A stretch of DNA of 64,000 bases from Ranitomeya imitator. Its lineage: Eukaryota. The notes below the pieces were generated by a model that saw only the letters and a program-made list of their open reading frames with translations, searched no databases and was not told where the DNA came from. The stretch is from NCBI RefSeq assembly GCF_032444005.1, contig NC_091283.1, positions 530,410,001 to 530,474,000 of the forward strand, written 5' to 3'. This document shows positions 46,370 through 59,913 of the stretch, piece after piece. The position numbers and the translations under genes were made by a program. Position 1 is the first letter of the stretch; each line of letters opens with the position of its first letter.

Positions 46370-47190
46370 TCATGTGCAGTCCCCTTTACCCCCACATCAT
46401 CTTGTGCAGTCCCCTTTACCCACATGTCATCCTTTGTAGTTCCTTTTAACCTCCACATCATGTGCAGTCCCCCTTTAACCCCCACATTATCATGTGCAGT
46501 CTTCCTTTAAACCCTCACCACATTATCATGTGCAGTACCCCTTTAGTCCCCTCCCCATATCATCATGTGCAGTCCCCCTTTAAACCCCCTTCCCACATCA
46601 TCACGTAGTCTTCCTTTAACCCCCACGTCATCATGTGCAGTCCCCCTGTAACCCCCTCATTATCAAGTGCAGCCCCCTTTAAGCTCCTCCCCACATCATG
46701 TGAAGTCCACCTTTCACTCCCCACATCATCATGTGCAGTCCTCCTTTAACCCCCTACATCATCATGTGCTGACCCCCTTTAACCCCCTTCCCAAATCATC
46801 ATGTGCAGTCCCCCTTTAACCCCCCACATTATCATGTGCAGTCCCACTTTAACCTCTCCTCACATCATGTGCAGTCCCCCTTTAACACACCCACATCATC
46901 ATGTGCAGTCCCCCTCTAACCCCCCACATCATCATGTGCAGTCCCCCTTTAAACCCCATCATCATGTGCAGTCCCCCTTTAACCCCACCACATCATCATG
47001 TGCAGTCCCCCTTTAACCCCCTCACCACATCATCATGTGCCATCCCCTTTAACCCCCATCATCATGTGCAGTCCCCCTTTAACCCCCCACATTATCATGT
47101 GCAGTCCCCCTTTAACTCTTCTCTCCACATCATCATGTGCAGTCCCCCTTACTCATTCCCCTGTCATAATGTGCAATTCCTCCTCCTACC
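46370..47190. repeat. ~33-bp minisatellite (CCCCACATCATCATGTGCAGTCCCCCTTTAA), probably within a hAT MITE ending near 48535
   Basis: More than 20 imperfect units; GCGGCCCTG terminus-like sequence near 48526-48534. Confidence 0.85.
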
Positions 47191-47443
47191 CTCACCCATT
47201 TAATTGAATTTGTACAGAAAACAAAAAGTTTTGTATACTTACCTCACAGTCGCTCCCCAGCAGCGCGGCTCTGCCTCCAGCATCCAGTACATGTCAGGCG
47301 GCATGTACGCGATGACGTCATCGCGTACATGCCGTGATCCGATATGAAGATAGAGGGAATGCTCCCGTACCCCAGCACCGACGTGTGCGCCACAGGGTTC
47401 AACACTTTGCTGCAGGATGGGGCCCGATGAACAGTAGCACATA

Positions 47444-48439
47444 TGTGGCACCCCAGGAGTTCAGGTACCACAGTAGTGCTGCCTTCCTCTCGGGGAGGGT
47501 AGTGCTATGCCTGGAGACAAGAGGGCTCCCTTTGGTAGGTTATCCCACACACAAGAGATTCTAACTCCAGGCCAGGAGGGGGAGCTCAAAACCCTGTTTT
47601 AGGGGAGCTTCCGTGAGATATATAGATCCTGGTCTGGAGGAGGAGTCAAGTCAGTCTGAGAGAGTCTGAGAGTGAAGAGAGACAGGAAAGGAGCAGAGGA
47701 GAGATTGAGGGCTCAAGGAGGCTATGATTGGGCCTCCTAGGAGCCAGAGTGCAGAAACTGGGCACCGGGAGCCCGAGGTTGTGGATAACTGCAAGGTCCA
47801 CAGCAGAACTGGAGGGCATAGTACTATACGTAAACTGCCCGTACAACACCTGAGGTACAGCAGCAGTTGGAGCCTGGAGCCACCCTGTCAGATACCCCAA
47901 GAAAATGGCTCAAGCTGCCTACCGTGCAGGTACTGTCCCAGGACAGGAGAGAAAAGGGGTACCTTGCCAGCAAACTACAGGGAGCAAGGGACCAGGAAAA
48001 CAGCGCATAATGGAAGGCTCCCAACCTAACCTGCCAAGGGGATTTCTGCTTGTTTCTGGGCTACCTGGATTCCTTCTGTACCTGTTGCCGGTACCCTGGA
48101 CTGTGGCCTGCTACCACCAGTAAACCAGGCAAAGACTGCAACCCTGTGTCTCCTGTTATTTACCAGCAACTCATCATCCCTGCCATACACCTGTGGGAAG
48201 CGTCACCATCTTGCTGCCACAACATCACCCCAGAGGACAACTTTAAGCAGCGTCGGTCCCTATTGACCAAGGACCACAGGTGGCGTCATGAAAATAGACT
48301 TTCACAATTCCCTTAAAAGACCTTTCCCCTTTAATTGATTCCCAGGGCCACGGACCGGTTCGCAGCCAACGTGACATCCCCTTTAACTGCAACCGAACGG
48401 GGTACCGAGTATCCCCATTGCCCTGGTGGGCGACTTGCA
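47444..48439. mobile_element. Probable solo LTR (Gypsy-type)
   Basis: Begins TGTGGCACCCCAGG, ends CCTGGTGGGCGACTTGCA (imperfect inverted termini); non-coding; CATA flanks both sides but the exact right end is uncertain. Confidence 0.5.
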
Positions 48440-48549
48440 TAAGCGGGGCCCCAGACCTGTGGGCCCCTCTGTGTACTGCTGTTCACCAGGCCCCATACAG
48501 CAGAAAGGGCAGTAATGCCCTGAAAGCGGCCCTGACTTAGTGCATAGCC

Positions 48550-48720
48550 TTTATTATCATTATTATTATTATTATTAATCTATTTATATAGTACCATTAA
48601 TTCCATGGTGCTGTACATGTGAAAAGAGGTTACATACAGGGTTATAGATATCTTTAACAGTAAACACAAATTTACAGTGACAGACTGGTACAGAGGGGAG
48701 AGAGTGAAAGAGGGAGAGAG
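48550..48720 (-). mobile_element. L2/CR1-type LINE 3' tail
   Basis: Minus strand TGTACAGCACCATGGAATTAATGGTACTATATAAATAG followed by (AAT)n. Confidence 0.5.
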
Positions 48721-49339
48721 TTATGAAACTAGGAGTACTACTAGATGACAATTTGAACGGAATGTGTGTGAGGCCCTCCTTTATGTCTAATATAGAATGT
48801 ATCTGAATCCCACTTCCATAAATTTTTGGCACTCCTTGCTTCCTTCATAAATTACACTGAAATTTCCAATTTTTTAATAAAGATTTCAATTTGGTTTACT
48901 TAAAAATTATAATTTTTTAAAATCCTTGTTCATTTTTGCCTTACATTCAAGTCATTATACAGGAAAGAATGTTTCTTAACATTTTTTTTTGTAAACTCCC
49001 AATTTCTCTTTGATTTTTAATTTCTTATTGTGAGTCTTTAAAGTGGAGTGAACATGTGACACCATTGTTCTCAGCAAGGATCTTGGAGTTAGAGAAGGTT
49101 TCAGGGGTCTTCCCCATGCTGTTCTCCATCATTTCACCACTTTTCCATCTATTTCAATATTTTCACTTCTCCCCAGACCTCCTTTTAGAGTCTGCAGGAA
49201 AATTGCTCAGATTTCCCTCTGACTCCCTTTATACTCGTTAGTCAAAACGAGCACCCCAGCATTAGGAATAGCTCGGCTCGAATAACAAGTATTTTAGTAT
49301 TTTAGTTTTCGCTCATCCCTAATTATGAAGAGCTCCAAA

Positions 49340-49560
49340 TGTCAGTTAATTTTGAGGAAACACCTTCAAGTCTCTGCTAAAAAGTTGAGATATCACCTTT
49401 CAGCCCAACAATGACTCTAAGCATACTTCCAATCAACAGAAGAATGGCTTTGCCACCAGACGTGCAAAGTTTTGGAATGCCCTAGGAAAAGCCCGGACCT
49501 GAATCCAATTGAAAATCTATGGTTTGAGATAAAGTGGTCTGTAAACAGGAGATGCCCTAG
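49340..49560 (+). pseudogene. Tc1 (DD34E-type) transposase catalytic fragment
   Basis: Degenerate FQPNNDSKHTS..EWL..KVLECPRKSPDLNPIENLW. Confidence 0.75.
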
Positions 49561-50901
49561 CAGGATTCTACGATGTTACCGGTAAGAACGGGAAGTCAAG
49601 TGACCGCATGTATGTGTTTTGCATACACGCAGTTACATGCTAAATAGACATGCTCAACTTCGCTCAATACAAATGAATTGACTGACCCCAAGCACGTCTA
49701 GTAGGAATGTAGCCTTAAGTATACAAATCGCTGGCAACACCGGAGAACTCTGACAGCATGTGGTGCGCATCTAAGGATTAAGAACTCTGCAGTCACTTAG
49801 AATGGCTTCAGACTTTCATATGAAGACTTAACAACCCCTCTAAGTCATAGTGCACACGTTGCCATCACGAAAATGCCTTTCTGCTTTGTAGAAAGTAGCT
49901 ATTTTGCATTTTAGGTGGCAAGAGGTTAGGATTAGTTTTGTAAAGAAATTGCTACCTTTCTCTAATAAATTGTCAGTCATATCAAGACTTTCCTTCACCC
50001 AAGCAGAGTTTGCCGAGTTTTAAATATACTACATTGATGGTACAGTGCTCCTACCTCCTCAGCCATGCCATCCTTCTTTAGAGTTTTATTTCTGTATTTG
50101 AAGTTTCATGTGGTAGGATTTTAACAGTACATAAAATATATATAATGATAATGAAGCATTCTTTACCATATATCTTTTTTAAAATCCATGAATTTTTGCC
50201 ACAAATTTTAATTCTGAATTTGCCATTTTGCCCCAAATGTGACTTTGGAAACATAGAAGGTGATATAAATTCATCAAAGCTAAATGAATTTTGGAAGAAC
50301 GATCAACTAAAATTATTTTTTTTTCTCCTCTCCTTTCGAAGTTATGAATAACCTAAATCATTGTAATATGAAAATCCTAAGTGTATCTATATCATTAGGT
50401 CTAGTTTCCTCCTTATAATGAGCAAAAATAATGAATGATTACTTTTATTAGGAATGAGTACACATAAAATGTGCATATGGCTCTGAAATAACTTTTATGC
50501 GGCGTTAAACTTACAGTATGCTTTCAAAGTTAGACTCTTCTACAATATGTCATGCAGTATTACTTTTTTTTATGTCATGAATTGACCAAATCCTTCGATT
50601 GCCATGAAAAATGTGTAAGATACTATTCTCTTTTCTGCTCACACGCAAACCCTCTTCGTAGCTGTGCTGTCACACACTCACTATTTAGGCTGCATTCACA
50701 TGCGGCAGCTGCATTAAGGGTTTTTTGCCAAATTAGTTGTAGAAATGTAGAAGTTTTTGCCACAATTTTAAAAACCATGCTTTTTTCTTGGGAATGTGCA
50801 AAACGTATAAAACACAGCTTGACCACGTGAATACAACCTTACAGTTTCTTTAGTAATTCATGGCTTTTTCTACCCTTACTATATCACTAAGCTGTGAGCT
50901 A

Positions 50902-52462
50902 CACTGTGTGCAGAATTATTAGGCAAGTTGTATTTTAGAGGATTATTTTTATTATTGATCAACAACTATGTTCTCAATCAACCCAAAAGACTCATAAATA
51001 TCAAAGCTTAATGTTTTTGGAAGTTGGAGTGGTTTTTTTTTTTTAGATTTGGCTATCTTAGGAGGATATCTGTTTGTGCAGGTAACTATTACTGTGCAGA
51101 CTTATTAGGCAACTTAACCCCTTCCTGACCTTGGGATTTTCCATTTTTCCGTGTTCGTTTTTCACTCCCCACCTTCCCAGAGCCATAACTTTTTTATTTT
51201 TCCATCAATATGGCCATGTGAGGGCTTATTTTTTGCGGGACGAGTTGTACTTTTAAAAGACATCCTTGGTTTTACCATGGTGTGTACTAGAAAATTGGAA
51301 ACAAATTCCAAGTGCAGTGAAATTGCAAAAAAAGTACAATACCATGCATGTTTTTTGTTTGGCTTTTTTGCTAGCTTCACTAAATGCTAAAACTGACCTA
51401 CCATCATGATTCTCCAGTAAGGGTTCATAGACACCAAACATGTCTAGGTTATTTTTTTTTATCTAAGTGGTGAAAAAAAATTCCAAACTTTGCTAAAAAA
51501 AAATAAAACAGATTGTGCCATATTCCGATACCCATAGCGTCTCTATTTTTTTAGGTCCGGGGGACGGTTGAGGGCTTATTTTTTGCGTGCCGAGCTGATG
51601 TTTTTAGTGATACCATTTTGGTGCAGATATGTACTTTTGATCACCCGTTATTGCATTTTAATGCAATGCCGCAGCAACCAAAAAAACTTAATTTTGGCGT
51701 TTCAATTTTTTTTCTCGCTACACCGTTTAGCGATCAGGTTAATCCTTTTTTTATTGATAGATCGGATGATTCTGAACGTGGCGATATCAAACATGTGTAT
51801 ATTTGATTTTATTTTTATTGTTTTATTTTGTTTAGAATTAGGACTCGTAAGCGTGGGGACCCTTGACGCGGGTTACGAGCTTGCGTATTTTGGCCAAAGT
51901 ATAAACTAATACCTCACAAAAAAAAATTTATATATATTTTTTGTGTTTTTTGCACTTTTTTTTCGGGGTGCAGTTGGGCCCATTTTTGTCTTGTAAACTG
52001 TGGTGTCTGTTCACATGGGGTGCATGTGGATAGCGCTGGGCAGGCCCGCCTGATCTAATAGAAGGGTGTCACTACTAGGCCTGCCTGGATGCTGTGCATC
52101 TCCATTGTGTGAACAGCGCCACATGCAAGTCTTTTATGTGCAGCAATGTGCCAAGCAGCCACACCCTCCATTAGTTTGGTAGGTTGAGAGTGGCTGCCTC
52201 ATCGGTTATGCTGCACCTGTGTAGTCTCCATCTTAACCACATGGGTCCACTGCATCCTGATAGTGCATTTGTTTAGAGGCCTAGGCAGGTAAGCATGTCT
52301 GCCTCGTTTTGCTGTTTTTTCTAATTTTTGGAGGATCTCTGAATCCTCTCCTTGTGCTCTTGCTAGTTGGCTCTCAAGCCTGAACAGCTTGGAGTAGGAC
52401 AACATGTATAAAAAGTATCATGTGATCAAAATACAACTTGCCTAATAATTCTGCACACAGTG
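50902..52462. mobile_element. Non-autonomous Tc1-like element with nested piggyBac fragment
   Basis: TIRs CACTGTGTGCAGAATTATTAGGCAAGTTGTATTTT and reverse complement; TA TSD at 50900-50901 and 52463-52464; inner direct repeat near 51090. Confidence 0.85.
51118..51830. mobile_element. piggyBac-type (TTAA-CCCCTT) non-autonomous element fragment, right end missing
   Basis: TTAA (51114-51117) followed by CCCCTTCCTGACC; inserted just after the Tc1 inner repeat. Confidence 0.6.
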
Positions 52463-53841
52463 TATGATGTTCTTTCACTATCTAAAATTATCATAAAATG
52501 ACTGCTGCATTTCATGACTTTTGCATTTACACTGGCTATGATTTTCTCTCCTTATCGGAGGCATTATAGGAAAACCAATCCAGCTATGCCATAACCCACG
52601 TTTGGCCCAATAAAATGAAAACTTTATACTTGCCTCCCATGCCTGTGCTGTTCCAGCGATGTCAGCACTCACATTCCTGGGGCTCTCATGCAGTTGTTAT
52701 GAATTATGACATGTGAGCACAGCACCCAGTCAGTGCTGGCTTCACTGTCCCCACTTTCGGACAAATCAAACATCAAAAGGAAGTTAGGGCTGTGTCTGTT
52801 TTCCCACTTCCTCGTGATGTTCAAATTGTCCAAAGGCAGAGACAGTGAAGCTGGCCTTGATTTAGTGCAGAGCTCACATGTCGTAACCACTGCACGAGAG
52901 CCCCAGGATCGTGTATGTCTACACCACTGAAAGGGCGCTGCACGAGTTGTGAATATAAGCTTTTTTATTTTATCAACACCAAACATTTAGATCAAGAAGG
53001 GATGTCCAAGTAGTGGACAACCCCTTTAAGAGAATAAAAATGAATCTTTTTAGTTTGTGTGCAACTAAAAATAAGTGTGACTTACGTCAAGTTACCATTC
53101 TTGCTCTTCTGCCTATGGTCCTATTTTTCTCATGTATTTTCGTCCTCTTTTGTTTGCTGGAGTTTTTATTTTCACATCATTATGCTGCATTCACTGCTGG
53201 TCAAGTCCAGTGTTAGGGCTCTTTTACATGTCAGTGTGTCCGGTACATGTGGTGACCGTTTTCACACACCCTGACATGTCCAGTTTTTAACAGCATTACG
53301 GGCCACATCTGTGTGTCACCTATGTGACATGTACTGGTGCCTGGCAAGCAGCAGTACTGCTAGCACTGTTTCCCAAGGCTGGATGTTAAAGTCTGCTTTC
53401 ACCAGTCCTCCCTGCTTGCACTATGATCAGCATCAGTGAGCAGCGGTGACATCATAGAGGTAACCACAGGTCACTAAGGCTGCGTTCCCAGGCGGGCTGA
53501 ACTGCGGTGACTGCAGCATCGTGAGAAAAATCGAGTTTACCGCAGTTCAGCGTGAGAATGGGACCTGTGAAAGAGGCCTAAGAGACAGAAAAAGTGGGCA
53601 TTTGCCTAAGGTCCCCAAAGTTCTAGACCCAAACAATAAAACTTAAAAAGAACATGTAGCTTTACTGTCCTGGATTACTAGTAATTTTTCTATTAACCTG
53701 TTAGGGCTCAATCAGATGTCAGTGATTTTTCATCACTGTTTGTATGCCAAAACCATGAGTGGAACATACAGAGCAAAACTATTATAAAAGATTGACACAT
53801 GTTCTGTGTTTTGGAGACACTCATTATTTTGGCATACAATT

Positions 53842-54486
53842 TGTCACGATTCATTTTTGGATTCGTGACAGCGCTGGCTCTGCTTTAATTTAAATGTTTT
53901 TTGGTTTTGTGCCAGCAAGGGTTAATGTCAGTGTCCTTGCTGGCAGCCTGCTGATAACTGCTGTATTGTTGGTCAGCTGATGCGGGTAGTGAACTCTCCC
54001 ACCATCCTTTAAATAGCCACATGATGATCAGCTGACTTGGTTATAGAGTTTTTCTCTGGAGACCAGCCGTCGAGTTGGGAGCTCTCTGGTGTCAGCATGT
54101 ATTAGCTGCTTGGGGTCCTGTTCCTGAATCCTCTGCTGTGTGGAACTTGCAGCAGAAGCTTGAAACTCAGTTTCCTTATTCTGTGTCTTGGTCTGTCTCG
54201 TGCTTGTCACTACCCCCCTGTGTATACACCATCTGCAGTGTTGAGGCTAGCTTCCTTGCCGGCCAATGCAATAGTGTAGTGAGGTGACAGCTAGGGATGA
54301 GGCACTTGACAGCGGGGGGGGGGGGACATGCATGGGGTGTCAGGGGAGCTTAGGGATAGGCATAGGCTGTGTTAGGAGGTGCCCCATCCCTCATTCCCCA
54401 TTCTTAGGGCCTTTTTTCCCCTTTTTCCTTCCCTGTTGTTAGTATTTGTTGCGCCGTCCGGTGGTCTGACCATGTGGGTCATTACA
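53842..54486. mobile_element. Solo LTR (TG...CA)
   Basis: TGTCACG..CATTACA; 5-bp flanks CAATT / TAATT (1 mismatch); internal TTTAAATAG TATA-like box. Confidence 0.6.
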
Positions 54487-54918
54487 TAATTACTGATGAA
54501 AAATTCCTTGAATAAACCCTTAGCCATTACATAGCCAGATATACTGGTCACTAACTGTCAGTTTTCATTGGGCATTGAATGGACTTGTATGGTAAATATA
54601 TGGCAGTGAAATGTGGACACTCTATGGTGCTATTATTTGGATGCTATAGAATGTTATTATTTAGGCATTTTATATACGATCATGTGAAGACTGAATGGCT
54701 CTATTATGTGGGCATTATGTAGAAGTATTATTTCACATTTTATGCAAGTAATAGGATATGTGCACAACTTAACTTTAATCTGTCAGCAGCATAATGTAGG
54801 CAAACAGATCCTGTATCACGTAGTTTACTGGGTGCAGCAATTCTGGCGCAGAGTTTTTAGATGTAGAATGCAGCAGAGCGACGAAAACTGCCCACACCAA
54901 GTTCGCTATGCTGTAGAC

Positions 54919-55104
54919 CAGTGCTCCCCAACTTCGGTCCTCAAGAGCCGCCAACAGGTCATGTTTTCAGGATTTCCTTAGTATTGCCCAGGTGATTGAA
55001 TGCTTGCCTGTCCAGGTGATGCAATTATTACCTGTGTAATACAAAGGAAATCCCGAAAACATGACCTGTTGGTGGCTCTTGAGGAGAGGAGTTAGGGAAC
55101 ACTG
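54919..55104. mobile_element. Charlie-like hAT MITE (186 bp)
   Basis: About 60-bp imperfect TIRs CAGTGCTCCCCAACT.. / ..AGTTAGGGAACACTG; TSD CTGTAGAC / ATGTAGAC. Confidence 0.85.
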
Positions 55105-55129
55105 ATGTAGACAATGAGCTGCTTATCAC

Positions 55130-55324
55130 AGGACAGCCTAGCGTCAGACTTGGAAGTGCACGCCGGCTAGTTACAGCAATGATAATCACCAGGTATTTAA
55201 ACCTTCAATCTAAGTAAATAGCAATACACAGCTTGACATGTGACACATCATTGAATTCTGTGTTTTAACCACTACCTCATACTGTCCTCAGATTACATAA
55301 CAAAAACCTGCTGACAGATTCCCT
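55130..55324. mobile_element. T2-type MITE right-end fragment
   Basis: CCTGCTGACAGATTCCCT-TTAA; a similar left end TTAA-AGGGAATCTGTCAGCAGG at 57145 faces away and so belongs to a separate copy. Confidence 0.5.
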
Positions 55325-57479
55325 TTAAGAATTTGTCGGTGAAATTTCTGTACCAAAAATTCATCCTTTGGCAGGAGAAATGCTGTGTAAAATGCACACA
55401 TTTTTGTCTCATTTCTTGCATCTATTTTGTATGTGTTTTTTTCTTCCTTCGTTTGAATGGGAAAAATAACCATTGCAAATAAGCTGAATAAATTGACGTG
55501 ATGGAGATTTAAAATTACTTCAAATCTGCAAGGAAAAAAAAAGCAACAAGTACATGAGATTTCAGACATCTCATTCACTTTGCTGTACTCTAAAATGTTG
55601 CATTTTTCGGTAACAAAAATGAGTGGAAAAAACACATAAAAAACTCTGTGCCTGTGACGCATTTTTGTGTGTTTTGTGTACATTTTTCCCAGTTTTAGAA
55701 TGGATTAACATAGGCAATGGCACAAGGGCCCAAGAGGTAAGGGGGTCTCCCTATCTCTTTCAAATCAGGTGGAATTGTGCATTATGATGAGCTATTGGGC
55801 TGCATAGGGCCCATGTACTGCACTTACACAGGGGCCTATTTTGTCTGTGTCTGTAGCCTAATTGTGGGCAGGCAGCCTTTTTTACTTGCTACATGGGGGC
55901 CACTTTTCTATGAAACTGACCCTGATGTTGGTGCTAAAGAGTATTTTTGGAACTTTGGAAAAGGAAAGTGAATTAAATATCCTGATCATAAAATTACAAC
56001 CACATTGCATTTTTCCTGAGAAATCAATGCTAGCTACTGCTACTAGGTATGTGCTGCCCTAGGCAATCCCTTCCTTTACTTGTGGCTACAGCCCGTCCTC
56101 CCTCTAGGTAATAAATAAATGAGACACATGAGCTGTGAAACTAACACGGCCAGCCAGAAGGGTCGAATATTTGTCTCCATCTCCAAATGACCGGCAACAT
56201 GAAAAGCTTATAACATCACACGTTACAATCTCTCCTTCAATTTGACATCAGAGGACTGTGAGCCGTACATTGAATAGGAAAATGCAATAAAGTTTAACAT
56301 TCCTCCTTGCTTGTTACTTTTTCAGTAATAAACTTCTTTACTTACTATATTTTTACTGATCGGCGTCTTTTTTTTTTCTTCTTTTTTTATTTCTAAGTTT
56401 AACCTGCTGCTGATGTCATCAAGCAAACCAATTAATTTTCTGTAAATAGAGATTTCAGGGTCGTAAGAAAAAGGGAATTCATTCACAATTTGCTTCTTGG
56501 GGAGAGGGCGAGCTCGGCACATGAGTTATATGCTTGTTTTGAATGAGTTATTGTTTCATATGGCACAGATTCAATCAGAAGGAAAATATTGGAAAATGAA
56601 ATAGTCCGAATTTATGCGAGAGTCGACTTAACAAAACTTCAATGGCCCACGAGACATTTGGGAGACTGCTCTGCAATTTCTGGTTTGTTGGACGGAGCAT
56701 GTGTTTCATTTCAGGCCGCTTTGTTGCTGTTGGGTAGCGGTACTGATTACTGATACACATACATGCTAGGGCCATGAGATTTCGAATGAACCTTTATGGT
56801 GGACTCTGTTGGTTCCTTTGTGATATTTGGAATATGTTCAAAGTTGACAGTATTTGTTAATGAGATTTTCTACGAAGAAAGTTATATGGAGTATATTTGT
56901 TTCTTTCTAGAATAATAATACAAAATTATACTTTTCATTACTGGATGGTTTACCTCTTCAAAACGGGGAATATTTGGGTGGAATTTTTGCTTTTGCATCT
57001 TCACATTCCGGAAGCCATAACCTTCCATCAATGCATTTTGTATAGGGATGGATTTCATTTGCATTGTGAGTTGTATTTTTCTAATCGGGGGTGCATATAA
57101 CTAAAACTGTAGTTATTTTATTTACACTCAATGCGCTTAATTCATTAAAGGGAATCTGTCAGCAGGACTAATTCTTCTAAGCCGTCAATGAATAAAATGT
57201 CTTTTTAATCTGTGATCCGATGACATGCTGTAGCCTGCCAGATCACTCCAGAGCCAGAACAAGACTTGCATTGAGTCATCTTACCTCTGGTTAGAAGTTG
57301 TGGTCACAAAATGGCTGCTCAGGACCAGCGGCAGAACTGACATGGCTGGAATTGACTGATGCAGCGTGTGACCCGACCTCTGTAAAAGTCAGATCACGAG
57401 TACTGCCGCCTTTTTGCTTTTATTAGTTTAGGGTCAGGACACAGCTGCATGAGCAACAGAATCTGACTGAACACTCTGG

Positions 57480-58190
57480 AGAAAAATTGTGTCCACTCTG
57501 CAACTTCGTCTGTGGCAGTACTGTGCCAAAAGTCATTGCGTTTACTCTATAATAATCCATGCCTGTGGGAGTACTCTGCCAAAAACTGCTCTGTGTACTC
57601 TGCAACCTCCCCTGTGGGAGTACTCTGCCAAAAGCCACTGTATGCACTTTGAAACCCATATTGTGGAAATACTGCACCAAAAGTCACTGTGTGTACTCTG
57701 CAACCTCATCTGTGAGAGTACTGTTTCTTTAAGCCACTGTGTGTACTCTGCTCCCTCGCCAGTGGAAGTACTGTTCCCCTAAGCCACTTTGCACCCCCCG
57801 CCTGTGGAAATACTGTTCCTTTAAGCCGCTGTGTGTTTTCTAGTAGTGTTTTAAATAAATGATTGGCATAAGCTGTCTTATTGCCATTTGTAGGCCAAAC
57901 AATTAATTTTTTAGGACCGTTGTGTATTTTCTATCAGTCTGATATATAAATAATTGGCATCAGCAGTTCTTTGCCATTTGCAGGCCAAATAAATAATGTT
58001 TCAAGACCACTGTCTGTTTTCCAGTAGTCTGAGAAATAAATAATTGGCATCAGCCATCATGTTGCCAATTGTAGACCAAATAAATATTTTTTTAGGCCGC
58101 TGTGTGTTTGTGTTTGTGTGTTTCCATTTGTAGTCGAAACAAATAATTATTTTGAACTGCAGTGTGTTTTCTAGTAGTGTAGCCAATAAA
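57480..58190. repeat. Two adjacent degenerate tandem arrays (units of about 65-80 bp)
   Basis: Recurrent GTGTACTCTGCAACCTC/GTACTCTGCCAAAAG (57480-57830) and ATAAATAATTGGCATCAG..GGCCAAA (57860-58190). Confidence 0.6.
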
Positions 58191-59145
58191 TACATCTACT
58201 CTTATGGCATCTCTTTGCGAGCAGCATGCAGAAAAACCATTTCCAAAAATGATGAGAGGGATGAAATAAATGTCTCTCCTCTTCTGAAAATGTGCCCCCA
58301 CCCTTGGGATTCCACAGGCTCATTATTTTCTTTTAGTTAAAACACCAGGAAGAAGCTTTTTGAAGCTCTTAACACAAGGGTGTGAACTCTTCTGCAGCCG
58401 CAGCAAACTGAACTCTTGTCTGACTGAAGCACATGGAGACAAAATGGCACAGCAAGTCACAGCCAGGCTCTGAGCTATTGAATCTATAATAACAGAATGC
58501 AATATCTCTAAGACTAGTTGAGCACATAATCAGAATCGGCATTCCTTCCCCCATACACCCATGCCCGGCAGCCACCTGTAGCACTCTGCGTTATTGAGTT
58601 ATAAAGCATAGCTACCAGGAATTACATATGGTAGGCATATTCTCTATGCACAGATAAAATCCAGCGGAACCCATTGGTGGCGCCACTGACCCGTTCAGAG
58701 CTTCAGATGGAAAGTTATGGGCCATCCATGGTTCTGGACAGAAAATCATATTCTCAGAGATGGGAGGAGAGAGGCTGCACCACCCAGGGGTGGGAGCAGA
58801 GTGTGGGAGGGAGCAGCCTAGGAGATATAAGGCAGACCCTCATTTTGGACTTAGTTTTTCTACCGGCAGGAGGGTACGTTCGCTAACGCAGCCAGGAAAG
58901 CTTCTAACTAAGATTTGGACCTGTAATCCATCAGCGCCTCCTTGTGGTCACATGCTACATAACACGGTAATTGCAACAGACAGGTATGAGCAGATGGGCA
59001 GAGACAGGTAAGAGCAGATGCGTATGGGGTAGACAAGTAGACAGGCAGACCTGGGGAATGTGACAACTAGCAAGCAATATTGGATTGAAGTTCATTCTCT
59101 GTCCTCCGTAGTACATGCCTGCACAAGGCAATATGACCTCATGGA

Positions 59146-59347
59146 GCCTAGTAGAATTTGGTGCAACTCAGCAGCGTACCCCACCCATGAAGCAAGCTAC
59201 ACTGCCTGTTTACCTAACTACTATTTTGTAACGGCATCTAGCCCAGGAAATCCTTTTGGGCCTGGTAGAATTTGGTGCTACTCAGTAGCGTACTTCACCC
59301 ATGAAGCAAGCTACACTGCCTGTTTACCTAACTACTATTTTGTAACA
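59146..59347. repeat. 114-bp tandem units, left block (preceded at 59075-59135 by a fragment of the MITE at 469-796)
   Basis: GCCT(A/G)GTAGAATTTGGTGC at 59146 and 59260; CCCATGAAGCAAGCTACAC core. Confidence 0.85.
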
Positions 59348-59910
59348 TATAAAAAGGATAACCTTCGGCACTCAACAAGTCCACACCTTTATATTCTCAA
59401 TGGAGATAGATTTATTGATAGACAGCCAGCAAAAAAAATTTTTTACAGCAGACATCAAAATTCCAACGTTTCGGCGTACATTGCCTTTTTCAAGGAGGTC
59501 TGTGAAAGCAGAACAAAACAAATAATTTTATAATTAATATAATACATTCAAATATGAGAATCATTAAACAAAATGAGAGGCTGAATAAATCACATCCAAG
59601 AGAAGGAAATTTAATGGGAAAAAAGACACCGGAGACTCCATGTGATTGGACAACACCATGATGGAAAAAAGAGGAAATATTTTTATTATAAGATAATAAC
59701 CTAAATGTCCCAAAAACAAGAAAGAGGGGGATGTGCAAAAATAGAAAGGAAGGGAAAAAAAGAACAGAAGGGGAATCTATATTGAGTGAAAACCCAGACT
59801 AGACAAAAAGAAGAAAAAAGAAAATAGTATAGCAAGAAGCATCTGTCCAGGATATAGGTCCATACCAAGGTGCATATAAGAAATATGATAAGAGACACAC
59901 TTGTACTCAC
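59348..59910 (-). mobile_element. Penelope-like 3' tail remnant
   Basis: On the minus strand: T-rich tract, hammerhead motif, then CAATAAAT poly(A) signal. Confidence 0.55.
59462..59496 (-). ncRNA. Minimal hammerhead ribozyme, U3-A8 covariant core, palindromic stem III
   Basis: Minus strand TCC-TTGAAAA-A-GGC(aatgtac)GCC-GAAAC-GTT-GGA: stems I and II pair, AACGTT palindrome, GUU triplet. Confidence 0.65.
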
Positions 59911-59913
59911 AAT

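Noticed and set aside
46801-47207. His/Pro-rich ORFs; also Cys/Val-rich ORFs at 27395-28548
   Set aside because: Translations of minisatellites
56200-58600. Possible host exons in the unique-looking stretch (also checked 11600-11760 and 49040-49240)
   Set aside because: No recognisable protein similarity and no convincing splice-site pairs; cannot be excluded without RNA-seq or BLAST
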